NCBI GenBank assembly: GCA_965223155.1
Contig: CBDCVR010000013.1
Span: 992,001 to 1,056,000 of the forward strand
Direction: 5' to 3'
Length of the DNA: 64,000 bases
Origin: Candidatus Multivoradales bacterium
GTDB taxonomy: Bacteria; Acidobacteriota; Thermoanaerobaculia; Multivoradales; JAHEKO01
A model generated the notes under the pieces. That model was not told the DNA's origin and did not search any database. It saw nothing but the letters and a program-made list of their open reading frames with translations. This document shows positions 18,701-27,758 of this stretch, piece after piece (positions within the stretch are counted from its first letter, which is position 1; the number at the start of each line of letters is the position of its first letter). A program made the translations under genes and the position numbers.

Positions 18701-20467
18701 CAAGGCTTCTGGCCCAAGACCGCAAGCGGCCGCTTCGCCTTTCATCTGGTGGCCTGGGACTGGCAGGGACGCAAGAGCGACTTTTCGGCGCCGCTCATCT
18801 TCGTCGGCGCCTCCCGGGCCAGCAAGAAGAGCGATCTGGACGCGATCCAAGGAGGCTACGACGCCGAGACCGACGGCGGCGAGCCGACAGCCCAGACCTT
18901 CTTCGACGGCCAGAAGATCGCCTACGCCGCTCCCAAGGGAGCCAGCGACGAGAACACGGCTCTCGAGAGCGACAGCCTCACTTTTACCAGCCGCAACCAC
19001 GACGCGGCCGCGGGCGAGCCCGGCTTCTTCCCGGCGCTGAGTGAGGCGGAGGTCCGGATCCCGGCGGTGGACGCCCTGACCGGAGGCGGCCAAGCCTCCC
19101 GCATCGAGTACAGCCCGGTTTACGTGGACAACGGCTTTGCCGCGCCCACCAACGTGAGCGAGATCTTCGTCCAGATCAAGGGCGACTCGGGCACGCCCCT
19201 GCGCTTCGACGGGGACCGCTCCGGCGGTGTCGCCACGCCCAATCTGAACATCGCCGGACTGTCGCGGCGGTTCGGCCCGGTGGGCGGCCCCTTCTCCAGT
19301 CCGCCCGATCTCTCCGAGCTGGCCGGCGGCAACTTCGACCCCCAGAAATATTTCGAGGGCGCTGCCGCCAAGATCCTGGGGGGCATCCCGCTCGCCGACA
19401 TCATCAGCAAACAGTTCGGCGACGGCAAGAACGTCCCCAAGATGAGCACCGAGCTGGTCTATCCGGGCGGGGACGAGAGCAAACTTCCCGAAGCGACCCG
19501 GGCCGAGCTGCTCTGGGAACCGGACGTGATCGACGACCCCACGGGCACGTTCACGAAACGGAGCGGAACCAAGTTCCGCCTCAACGCCCGCATCACCCAG
19601 CGCTTCGACGCGGTCGGACAAGAGCCCGACACCGTGGTCGAAGGCGAGCTCACCGACTTCGACATCAACCTGATCCCGGTGGTGACCACCTTCCTGGTCG
19701 TCACCTTCAAGTCCTTCAGCTTCCGTTCCGAGAGCGGCAAGAAAATGGAGGTCGATCCCCAGATCCAGACGGTCGAGTTCGCCGGTCCGCTCATGTTCGT
19801 CAACGAGCTCAAGGACTACCTGTCCGCCGCCGGCATGAGCATCGACATCGGACCGCAGGGCGTCGAAGCGGGCTACTCCGTCGGCCTGCCCGCGATCACG
19901 GCCGGGGTCATGAACCTCCAGAACATCAGCCTCTCGGCCGGACTCAGCATCCCCTTCACCGGCGACCCGGTGCGCCTCAAGTTCGGCTTCTGCGAGCGCG
20001 AGAATCCATTTCTGCTCACCGTCTACTGCTTCGGCGGAGGCGGTTTCGTCGGCCTGGCAGTGGGACTGGACGGCGTCGAGCTCCTGGAGATCGCTCTCGA
20101 GTTCGGAGCCAACGCCTCGCTCGACATCGGCGTTGCCAGCGGCGGCGTCTACATCATGGCCGGGATCTACATCGCCGTCGAGGGCGACGAATGCGCGCTC
20201 ACCGGCTACCTCCGGATGGGCGGCGCGCTCGAGATCCTGGGCATCATCACCTTGTCGCTCGAGTTCTACATGTCGCTCACCTACGAGTCCAAGGGCAACA
20301 AGGTCTGGGGCGAGGCGACACTCACGGTCGAGATCGAGATCGCCTTTGTTTCCGTCCCGGTCGAGATGTCCGTACGCCGCGAGTTCACCGACCCCGAGCT
20401 GCCCAAGTTCAGCGACATGATGACCGACGGTGAGTGGACCGAATATTGCGAGGCGTTCGCGGCATGA
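15770..20467 (+). CDS. Giant (1565 aa) hypothetical protein with Tat-like signal and beta-rich C-terminal region
   Basis: Long ORF with host-like codon usage; SRRTLL motif plus hydrophobic stretch (~15905-15970); alternating hydrophobic strands in the last ~350 aa. TTG start is uncertain. Confidence 0.85.
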   Translation: MAQPVLNLGVLRRRPHLSSPSDPSDRGGKGGLTAPEDAPGRDGDLSRRTLLGLAGAATVGLSPAARAIETAALGRYRLEHDRQRAMFSLGTGHVWTLDARRFGGRPSLEVDRTGGEVRLTLSGALFPGTQIPADLVCRLAPGTLATRMEIAFGLCDLRVTAAFEPWLAGLEKARGVLRRAARAEVAGDGSTLALAARGAATFGPDWILTLEGTAVGELALGGPAHEVRLPGDRIELALLAAGTPSLVGRPAPKRCLVTIERGDSDWDAGVLLPAPPAGRLACASASASLVHVESGCDDNVSKTAALLVELDALTFAPAAGLATPDGEVLQIPLEDVRYGRVLSGAGAGEAALSARFAPRAVWLAAGDTRLQIGGRSRASEERFELLGTAEGFREIRCQPRLFGILAPLAGGSAGLMRPRAEARLAFAGLGRPGLLAPAEATAGGTQQRRVTPRVIRPQTQPEDQATSDRPTLDARPRAMDRAVLTIADDRLTRLRLPSNLIVSVLRSRDFLALDFEFVNLRLEASAPRRLVRSDAAKPAYVIVHFPPQSVYEQAFYEVSGSSDGVDSDGKPVPSESGGSERLPTPPVHSRLSGPSRLSFRLPRIVNELPYTLEGLLEACLTMPLAVGRNARPPDPPVRSGQLTRALALLSGATATRGTVGRAPAGTARAISGSRRGAASTGSAAARLRQPGNRMDSTATSTAAPGAIGLVAGPPAEPTPVETAIEMPYRLILSPHGKSAWSHSVDTGPSQEGSGRHELWHTRLAVRAGDGSADERNRHYRSVRAIWSPDYNAARPPDHQNLPFRSTLDARDRHEVVALSSDFSMAGWKPLPIAVERLMLTSLGAWLDSRGAWEPPGSLEVEEWKHRATMARDHYVRVVYKGYLFPFRHRASLIKVTQRKFQKIQDGPQAGQIAAFLRQRMFIVVREPELTYDYAVASGGARWERENPFKRVRITTLTTPDLLDPNSPECEAAPGFGQQGFWPKTASGRFAFHLVAWDWQGRKSDFSAPLIFVGASRASKKSDLDAIQGGYDAETDGGEPTAQTFFDGQKIAYAAPKGASDENTALESDSLTFTSRNHDAAAGEPGFFPALSEAEVRIPAVDALTGGGQASRIEYSPVYVDNGFAAPTNVSEIFVQIKGDSGTPLRFDGDRSGGVATPNLNIAGLSRRFGPVGGPFSSPPDLSELAGGNFDPQKYFEGAAAKILGGIPLADIISKQFGDGKNVPKMSTELVYPGGDESKLPEATRAELLWEPDVIDDPTGTFTKRSGTKFRLNARITQRFDAVGQEPDTVVEGELTDFDINLIPVVTTFLVVTFKSFSFRSESGKKMEVDPQIQTVEFAGPLMFVNELKDYLSAAGMSIDIGPQGVEAGYSVGLPAITAGVMNLQNISLSAGLSIPFTGDPVRLKFGFCERENPFLLTVYCFGGGGFVGLAVGLDGVELLEIALEFGANASLDIGVASGGVYIMAGIYIAVEGDECALTGYLRMGGALEILGIITLSLEFYMSLTYESKGNKVWGEATLTVEIEIAFVSVPVEMSVRREFTDPELPKFSDMMTDGEWTEYCEAFAA

Positions 20468-23400
20468 TCGAACGGATCGTCTGGACCGTGCTTCCCAACG
20501 GCATCGCCGACGGGCATCTGCGCCTGTCGGTCTTCATCGCGCCCCAGCTCGACCCGTCACCGCAACCGGCGAAGCTGGCCACGTTTGCCAACTGGCTGGA
20601 CTGGCCGGCGGTGGTGGCGGGCCTCGAGTTTCAGGTCTCGTTCGGCTCGGCCTCCGGTACGGCGGCCACTGTTGCGGGTGTCCTCGACCCGGCCAGCTCG
20701 GCACCCGACTCGAACCTCTGGAGCCGGCTCTTCGGCGCCGACACGCCGCTTGCGGTCTTCCAGCACAAGAAGCTCGACAAGCGGGTGATCCGGTCCTTCC
20801 CCGCCGCCAACATCGTCTCGTATCTCGAGAAGCCCTACCGGGCCTGCGCGGTTGACAGCGCGACCCGGACGCCGCCGATTCACATCCTGGCCGATCCCGA
20901 CAGCGGCTTCGGCCGTATCGTGCGTCCCGAGGTGCTGCGCCGGTTCGCGGCCGTGGATCGCGACGCGGCAATGATGCGGGCCGGTTCGGCGACCGGAGCC
21001 ACCGCGCGCTCTGGCGCGCGCTCAGACCCTGGGCGGAGCCGCGCCTCGGCCCGAACCGGCGGCGCGCGCCGAATCGTGGACGCCGAGACCCAGACTCGGT
21101 TGATCGCCGACCTGCGCCGGGACGTCGCCCGCGAGCTCGAGCCCAAGTTCTCAGGGCGGAAGTTCATCCGCGCGGCACCGGTGGATCCGGAAAACGACTT
21201 CCTCCAAGCCCGGCTCTTCCAGCTTCCCAAGCGGACCAAGCGGCTGCCGGACCGGATTCAGCTCCCGGACATGGATTTCCACCGCCAGCTCTCGATCCTG
21301 GGCCAGCACCCGGAACTGCTACGACGGACCGGGCTGGTCGTCGACCTCAGGATTCCCCTCAGCGGCCCCGGGGCGCCTCTGGGCCTCGCCGGCCAGGGGC
21401 AGGTATGGCTCTCTCTCGCCTCGCAACCCGCGGGCGCGGCCTGCGAGTTTCCCCGCACCGAGTACGCCTTCAACCCCGAGCTCCCCGGGGGCGCGGCCTT
21501 CCACGCCCGTCCCGGCGCCGGCAGCGACCTCGCCAACAGGCTTCTGGCCGCCGGCGGAAAGCGTTTCGAGGTGCTCCAGATGGACGTAGACGGCGCCGCC
21601 CAGAAAGCGGTGCAGCTCGCCGACAACATCTACCGCACGATGTCGCCCCGGCACCGAACGACGGGCTCGGCCGAAACCGTATCGATGCCGTCGCTGCGCT
21701 CGGCCGGTCTGTCCCTGGTCCGCACCGGCCGTGCCGAGCTCTTGCACACGGCCTTCATTCGGGCACGGAGTCACCGCGAGGCGATCAAGACTCGTGCCCC
21801 CGTTTCACTCTTCGCCGAGGACCTGATGCGAGGTTACCGGGTGGACGTCTTTGACGGTTCAAACCCGGGCGGTGGTGCCTGGCGCTCGCTGTGCCGCCGG
21901 CTGGCCAGCTATACCTTGACCGACGACGATCGTCCGATCGCGGTCCAGGACGAGGAAGGCTGGGCGGCCACGGCAACTACCGAAGCCGCAGCCGCAGAAG
22001 CCTCCGAAGAACGCGACCTCTACGTCCAGGAGTCGCTCTTCCGCTGGAGCGGTTGGAGCCTGGTCACGCCGCGACCCGGCAAGCTCCTGGACGACAAGCA
22101 GGAGGCGGCCCGCGCCCGCCACCAGCCGGGCACCGGCCTGCCCTTGCTGGTCGAAACCCGAGCGGCGCCCGGCAGCTTGCCCAAGCTTCGCTTCGGAGCC
22201 GCCTACCGGCTGCGTGCCCGCGCCGTCGACCTCGCCGGCAACAGCCTGTCGCTGGACGACGCCGACCGCCTGCCCGAGACCGTGGCCAACCAGACGGCAA
22301 CCTACGCCGTCACCTACCGCCGGCACGAGGTCATCACGCAGCCGGTTCTCCGGCTCCGCCGTACCCTCGACGACTCTGGACCGGGCGAAGGCATGGAGCG
22401 GCTGGTTCTACGATCCTTCAACAAGGGAGCGGTGCAACCGGAGGAGCGAGTGGCGGATTCCGAGCTCTCTCCCGACCGCAACGAGCGCCACGTCGCGCCG
22501 CCGGGCACCGGTCAACTCACCGCTGAGTGTCACGGCCGCTTCGACGGTCCCCAGGGCCCGAGCCCGGCCACCTACGCCGCCATCGTCGGCCACGAGGGAG
22601 AGTTCGACCGGGACGTGTACAGCGAAGATCGTCTCGAAGTTCCTTATCTGGCAGACCCGCCGGCCCGCGGCGCGGCGTTCGTGGGATTGCCGGGCTCGAA
22701 GCCGCCGGACAACACCGTGACCCTTCATCGCGCCGACGGCCGGGTCGAATCCTGGCGGCTGGTACCCGAGCCCAGGACCCCGGTCTCCGTGGTCCAAGTC
22801 GAGTACGGCCCCTCGCCCTGGCCCGACAACGAGCCTTTCCGGCTACGCGCGGTCGCCACGCAGACCGGCCGCGATCCGGAATGGGATCCCAACCAGCGCA
22901 TCCTGACCGTCTTCGTCCGCCCGGGCGAGACGGTTCCGGTGCGCTATTCGTCCTTCCCGGCGACCGAGGACCTGGGGGCCATGGCTGCCTGGCAGTGGAT
23001 CCAGGACGCCGGCCGCGTTCCCCAGCTCGAGGGCCGCGTCCTGGCCGGGCTGCATTGGATGCTCACGCCCTACCGCGAGCTGACCCTGGTCCACGCGGTC
23101 CAGAGGCCCTTGGTCAAGCCCGAGTTTCAATCGCTTGCCAGCCACCGCATCGAGGGCCAGACCAGCGCCGATCTGGAAGACCGGATCCCATTGAGCGGCA
23201 AGAGCACCTCGCGCCTGGACGTCCGGAGCCGCTGGCTGGAGCCGGTGGACGAGGGAGAGGCGCCCCGCTGGGTCGAGCGGGCGGCCCATGCCTTCGACAT
23301 GACCATCGAGGCGCACGAGACCGAAGCCAAGTTCGGTCCCCACCGCAGGCTGACGCGGCTGCCGGTCCGGCAGGTTCTGGAGCGCCCGTCCCTGGCCAAA

Positions 23401-24981
23401 GCCGCAAAGCGCGTCGAGGCGGTGCCACCCGAGGTCCGAGTACTGCGGCCCGAGGCCACAGCCCCGCGTGCCCGCAGGCAAGTGCAGCGCAGCGGTACGT
23501 TTCGACCGATCGGCCGGGTCGAGCGCGCCCGCCCGGAACAACGGCGCCTGCCGGCCCAAGCCGTCTCGCTGGACGACGCCGAGATTCAAGCCCGCACCCG
23601 CACCCTGGGCCGGCACGAGTTCGGGGACACCAAGCACCGGCCGGTGACGTACACGGCCGTGGCCTCGTCCCGCTATCGCGACGATCTGCCTCTGCGCTCC
23701 GAAGACATCGACAAGGCCGAGGCCGAAGGCGGCGACCATCGCGTCACCCGGCGCTCCGAGCCGATCACCATCGACGTCCTGAGCGCCGCCCGGCCGGCGG
23801 CGCCCGCGGTGGCCTATGTCATTCCGACCTTTGGCTGGGAGTCCGCGAGCGCGGGGGCCGAGCGCACCAGCACTCGCCGGGGCGGCGGTCTCAGGGTGTA
23901 CCTCGAGCGGCCCTGGTTCTCCTCGGGCGAGGGCGAGCTTCTGGGCGTTCTGGTGCCGCGGCAGTCCGCGCGAGCTCTCAATCTGGCGACCGCGCGGCGC
24001 ACGATGAGCCGGCGCGCCACCGGGGTCGATGCCGCCGAGCTCGACGCCTACCTCACCCACTGGGGCATCGACCCGATCTGGGGGACGAACCCGCCCGGCG
24101 GTGCCTCGCCGGGGCTGTCGAGCTTCCGCAACGCGGCCGCCACCGAGTCGGAGGTCGCGCTGGTCGAGATTCCGGACGCCCGCGTGGCGGTGGCCGGCTT
24201 CACCGTTGGCGCCCGCACCGACGGCGGCGGATTCACCGGCTACGACGCGGAGCGAGGTCTCTGGTACGCCGACCTCGAGATCGACCCGGGCGAGTCCTAC
24301 TTCCCCTTCATTCGCCTGGCTCTTGTCCGCTATCAGCCCAAGTCGATCGCCTGGAGCGGCGGCGACCTCAAGCTGTCCCGAGTCGTGATCGCGGACTTCG
24401 CCCAGCTCGCTCCGGACCGCACCGCGACCATTACCCAGCGCTCGGCCACCGAGCTTTCGGTGACCGTCTCAGGCGTCACCGCCAAGGAGTCCGGCGAGCA
24501 GAAGTTCGGAGCAGTGGCCAGCGTGCGCAGGCCCGATCTCGAACGGGCCGCCTCGGCGCCGTCGCTCCGAAGCTCCGCCACCGCCCGCGTCCTCCGGCCG
24601 CCGACCGACGTCCAGGCGCCGGTCGCGGGCCGGCGTCCCTCGATCGTAGCGGGTCCCGAGATCCGGGTGCTGCCAGCGGCCAGCACCGGCGGCAACAGCG
24701 TGGAGGTGAGCCTCGAGACGCTGGTACCCGGCGGCAGCGATCTGGAGTGGATGCCGGTGCCCGACTCGACCGTCGAGCTCACGCCGGGACCGGCCCTGGG
24801 CCGCCGCGCCAACTGGCGCGGCACGGTGCCGCTCCCCGAGGCCCGCGGCGCCGGACGCTACCGTCTGGTCATCAAGGAGTACGAGTGGTTCGTGGTGGAC
24901 GGCCCCGACGTCCAGGTGGGCAACGAGATCCGCAAGCCGACCGCTCCGCGCTTGGTCTACGCCGACGTTCTCGAGATCTAA
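20464..24981 (+). CDS. Giant (~1505 aa) hypothetical protein, translationally coupled to the upstream giant
   Basis: ATGA overlap at 20464-20467; FN3-like strand YRLRARAVDLAGN; no signal peptide. Confidence 0.85.
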   Translation: MIERIVWTVLPNGIADGHLRLSVFIAPQLDPSPQPAKLATFANWLDWPAVVAGLEFQVSFGSASGTAATVAGVLDPASSAPDSNLWSRLFGADTPLAVFQHKKLDKRVIRSFPAANIVSYLEKPYRACAVDSATRTPPIHILADPDSGFGRIVRPEVLRRFAAVDRDAAMMRAGSATGATARSGARSDPGRSRASARTGGARRIVDAETQTRLIADLRRDVARELEPKFSGRKFIRAAPVDPENDFLQARLFQLPKRTKRLPDRIQLPDMDFHRQLSILGQHPELLRRTGLVVDLRIPLSGPGAPLGLAGQGQVWLSLASQPAGAACEFPRTEYAFNPELPGGAAFHARPGAGSDLANRLLAAGGKRFEVLQMDVDGAAQKAVQLADNIYRTMSPRHRTTGSAETVSMPSLRSAGLSLVRTGRAELLHTAFIRARSHREAIKTRAPVSLFAEDLMRGYRVDVFDGSNPGGGAWRSLCRRLASYTLTDDDRPIAVQDEEGWAATATTEAAAAEASEERDLYVQESLFRWSGWSLVTPRPGKLLDDKQEAARARHQPGTGLPLLVETRAAPGSLPKLRFGAAYRLRARAVDLAGNSLSLDDADRLPETVANQTATYAVTYRRHEVITQPVLRLRRTLDDSGPGEGMERLVLRSFNKGAVQPEERVADSELSPDRNERHVAPPGTGQLTAECHGRFDGPQGPSPATYAAIVGHEGEFDRDVYSEDRLEVPYLADPPARGAAFVGLPGSKPPDNTVTLHRADGRVESWRLVPEPRTPVSVVQVEYGPSPWPDNEPFRLRAVATQTGRDPEWDPNQRILTVFVRPGETVPVRYSSFPATEDLGAMAAWQWIQDAGRVPQLEGRVLAGLHWMLTPYRELTLVHAVQRPLVKPEFQSLASHRIEGQTSADLEDRIPLSGKSTSRLDVRSRWLEPVDEGEAPRWVERAAHAFDMTIEAHETEAKFGPHRRLTRLPVRQVLERPSLAKAAKRVEAVPPEVRVLRPEATAPRARRQVQRSGTFRPIGRVERARPEQRRLPAQAVSLDDAEIQARTRTLGRHEFGDTKHRPVTYTAVASSRYRDDLPLRSEDIDKAEAEGGDHRVTRRSEPITIDVLSAARPAAPAVAYVIPTFGWESASAGAERTSTRRGGGLRVYLERPWFSSGEGELLGVLVPRQSARALNLATARRTMSRRATGVDAAELDAYLTHWGIDPIWGTNPPGGASPGLSSFRNAAATESEVALVEIPDARVAVAGFTVGARTDGGGFTGYDAERGLWYADLEIDPGESYFPFIRLALVRYQPKSIAWSGGDLKLSRVVIADFAQLAPDRTATITQRSATELSVTVSGVTAKESGEQKFGAVASVRRPDLERAASAPSLRSSATARVLRPPTDVQAPVAGRRPSIVAGPEIRVLPAASTGGNSVEVSLETLVPGGSDLEWMPVPDSTVELTPGPALGRRANWRGTVPLPEARGAGRYRLVIKEYEWFVVDGPDVQVGNEIRKPTAPRLVYADVLEI

Positions 24982-25058
24982 GTCCAGGCCAACCTGCTTG
25001 CCGGAGACCGCGAGCGACGCCGACGATCGAATCGGCCTCGAGCCGAGCGCCGCCCACG

Positions 25059-25898
25059 TTACGGACAGGTCCAGAAGGCGCCGGTGTCCGTAATCGGTTC
25101 GAACTGGTGGTTGCCCGGGTTGTCGTAGGTCCGCGCGTCACCGGTCAAGGTATCGAGGATGGTCACCTCGAACTCGACGTTGGTGGTCGCGGCGGCGAAC
25201 ACCCAGAAGTTGGAGAAGGCCGGATCGCCGCAATGATCCAGAACCTTGACCAGGAGCTCGGTGGTGAGCGGGAAGAACTGGAAGGTCGCCGAGTCCCGGC
25301 CGGAGCTATCCACGAAGAGAGGCCGCACCGTACCGTCGAAGGGATCTTTGAACTCGGCGTCGACCTGGAACCGGCCGCCGCGCAGGCAGGCGGTCGTGTC
25401 GGACGCCTGACAGGGTGGCGGCGGCGTCCCGATCGTGCAATGACAATCCAGCGAACTGATCCTCTTGCGGTTCAAGAGATCCACCTCGCCGAAGAAGAGG
25501 GATTGCGTTCCAAGGACCGCACTCAGATCGAACTCGGCCGCGAAGTAGCCGTTGCCCCGAGTCCTGCCCCGCGCCGAGCCGAGCGGCATTTCGGTCCCGA
25601 ACGCGTCCACCGCGGTGCCTTCTAGATTGACGACCACGCCTCTACGAGCCTTACCCTGATTGACTGCCTGGCAGGAACAGCGGGCCATGGTGGCCGTCAC
25701 GTTGGACCCACCCGCCAGGAGCAACCCGTCTGCCACTTCGAACTCGCTCAAGAATCTCTTCGCGGGCACGGATTCCGGACAGGCTAGCTCGAGACCAACG
25801 TGCACCGGCAAGGCCTCGTCTCCCCAGCCCGGAGCCGCTACGACAAGAACCATCCAGGCCGCCATCCCCGCCGAGCGCAACTGCAATCTTCCAATCAT
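25059..25898 (-). CDS. Secreted hypothetical protein with Cys-bounded C-terminal domain typical of Thermoanaerobaculia proteins
   Basis: AGGAGAG RBS; signal peptide; C..CLRGGRFQV..ELLVKVLDHC..FWVFAAATTNVEFEVTILDT.TG..Y.NP..DTGAF.TCP. Confidence 0.75.
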   Translation of the reverse strand: MIGRLQLRSAGMAAWMVLVVAAPGWGDEALPVHVGLELACPESVPAKRFLSEFEVADGLLLAGGSNVTATMARCSCQAVNQGKARRGVVVNLEGTAVDAFGTEMPLGSARGRTRGNGYFAAEFDLSAVLGTQSLFFGEVDLLNRKRISSLDCHCTIGTPPPPCQASDTTACLRGGRFQVDAEFKDPFDGTVRPLFVDSSGRDSATFQFFPLTTELLVKVLDHCGDPAFSNFWVFAAATTNVEFEVTILDTLTGDARTYDNPGNHQFEPITDTGAFWTCP

Positions 25899-26058
25899 CG
25901 TGACTCTCCTTCGGGCGACTCTTCCGTTGTCTCGACCCCACTTCCTTACACCAGGTATTACCATGTAGACTTGGGGGCGAGCAACCGCTTCGAGCCGGCC
26001 GGTCCTTGACTCGCGCTGCCGATCGGCGAGCGGGAGCGGCGAGATCCAAACGCAACCG

Positions 26059-27093
26059 ATGCCCCGAAGCCCCCTACTCGAGTCGCCCGAAACAATCCAA
26101 GGAATCGGCGAGGTCTACTCCGCCCGTCTCGGCGAGCTGGGCCTGACGTCGCTGACCGATCTGCTCCGGGCCTCGGCCGGCTGGGTCGCCGGGTACCTGG
26201 GTGTGGATCCCGAGCGGGTCGAGGCCTGGCAAGCTCAGGCAATCCTGCTGCGCTTGGACGAGACCGACCCCGACATTGCCGAAGCGCTGGTGGACGCCGG
26301 GCTCGATTCGACCACAGCGGTGGCCGACGCGGCTCTCTCGACTCTCGAGGGCGCGATGGCCGACGCGGTCGAGGCTGGACGGCTGGCCGAGGCGCCTTCG
26401 ACAAGTCGCCTCTCGACTTTGCACCGGGACGCGACCGCCAAGAAGGGGACCGGGGTGGTCGCCGGCAGCGTGACCCACGACGACGACCAGCCGGCCGCCG
26501 AGGTCGTCGTGTCTTGCGGCGGCACCTGGACCCGTACCGACGAGGACGGCGTCTTCGTGCTCGACGCGGTGCCCACGGGCAGCCACCGCCTCAGCGTGAC
26601 GGCCGAGGGCCGGCCCAATGCCAACCTCCAGATCTCGACCGCCTCCGACGAGGTTGCGGTCAGCCTGGCGATCCGAGTGCAGCGGACGCCGGGGAATCCG
26701 GCGCCCAGTCACGACGAACACCAGGGCGTGCTGGTGCGGATCGCCCGCGGCGCCGAGCTCCGGCTCGAGACCGTCCAGCTCGACGAGCTGCCGGCCGATA
26801 CCTACGTCATGGTGCGCAACATCGCCGGCCACGGCTCGACCCGGCTGATCGAGCTCTACAAGACTCAGACCGGCGGCGACATCGTGGTCCGGCGAGTCTA
26901 CGTCGATCAGAGAGAGCTCCCCGAGGGCTCCAAGGTGGGGGTCATTCTCAAACGCGTCGCCGGTGCGTTCGAAGTCACCGAGCTCAGCGTCGAAGACGTG
27001 GCCCGCCAAAAACTGGAGGCGATCCTGGGACCGCTCACCTTGGAGAGATCGGCGACCCGGCAAGTGTCGGCGTTGAGCCTCAACCAGGCCTGA
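26059..27093 (+). CDS. DUF4332-like helix-hairpin-helix protein with carboxypeptidase-regulatory-like domain
   Basis: IQGIGEVYSARLGELGL..DLL and AEALVDAGL (HhH); GSVT..TRTDEDGVFVLDAVPTGSHRLSV. Confidence 0.65.
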   Translation: MPRSPLLESPETIQGIGEVYSARLGELGLTSLTDLLRASAGWVAGYLGVDPERVEAWQAQAILLRLDETDPDIAEALVDAGLDSTTAVADAALSTLEGAMADAVEAGRLAEAPSTSRLSTLHRDATAKKGTGVVAGSVTHDDDQPAAEVVVSCGGTWTRTDEDGVFVLDAVPTGSHRLSVTAEGRPNANLQISTASDEVAVSLAIRVQRTPGNPAPSHDEHQGVLVRIARGAELRLETVQLDELPADTYVMVRNIAGHGSTRLIELYKTQTGGDIVVRRVYVDQRELPEGSKVGVILKRVAGAFEVTELSVEDVARQKLEAILGPLTLERSATRQVSALSLNQA

Positions 27094-27094
27094 C

Positions 27095-27718
27095 ATGTCC
27101 CAGACCATCTACTACTTCGACGGCAGCAGCGGCTGCGACCGCTGCGTGGGAGCTAGCGGGTACTCGCTTGAATCGCCCGAGCGCCCCCACGACGAGTGCG
27201 ACTGCCCGGTCACCGAGTACGAGGCCAGCGATCTCGACTTCTGCGAACGCAAGCTGCGGAATCTCTCGATCACCGAATGTGAGGACTACGTGAGGGCCAG
27301 CGAGTCCTTCGAATACTGCGGCCGCTCCGGCGAAGGAATCATCCTCCAGGTCGGCGAGGACAAGGTCGAGAACTTCGATCCCGGAGTGCGCGAGCTGGCC
27401 GAGGAGAGCGGCTGGCAGCCCCCGGACATCGATCTCGAGTTTCCCTTCGGCGCCGCTCACAACGCGGTTACGGAGGTCAACTACACGATCTTGCGGTATA
27501 TGGCCTACTTCGAGGCCGAGGTCTACTACGTCTGCGAGCTACCCGACGGCCCCACCGAGGAGATCGTCACCGGAGAGACCGCCACCGGAGAGTTCGAAAC
27601 CAACTACCAGGCCTACCTCAACGACCTCGGCGTCGAGCCCTGCTCGCGCGAGGGTCCTCATCCCGAGGACATCGACGTCGAGGTTCTCGACGAAGAACCG
27701 CCGCCGGACCTCAGCTAG
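27095..27718 (+). CDS. Highly acidic Cys-rich hypothetical protein
   Basis: Starts 1 nt after the upstream stop; CDRC..PERPHDECDC motif. Confidence 0.75.
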   Translation: MSQTIYYFDGSSGCDRCVGASGYSLESPERPHDECDCPVTEYEASDLDFCERKLRNLSITECEDYVRASESFEYCGRSGEGIILQVGEDKVENFDPGVRELAEESGWQPPDIDLEFPFGAAHNAVTEVNYTILRYMAYFEAEVYYVCELPDGPTEEIVTGETATGEFETNYQAYLNDLGVEPCSREGPHPEDIDVEVLDEEPPPDLS

Positions 27719-27758
27719 CTGCAGAGTCCATGCGCGTGTGCCTGAAGCCGAAGGGCCT

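Noticed and set aside
17534-19621. 695-aa antisense ORF
   Set aside because: Shadow of the giant + strand gene; typical of high-GC codon bias.
22527-25625. 1032-aa alternative-frame ORF
   Set aside because: Arg/Pro/Gly-rich off-frame translation overlapping two better-supported genes.
12745-27718. Prophage, eCIS or T6SS interpretation of the uncharacterised block
   Set aside because: No recognisable sheath, tube, baseplate, VgrG, terminase or integrase motifs.
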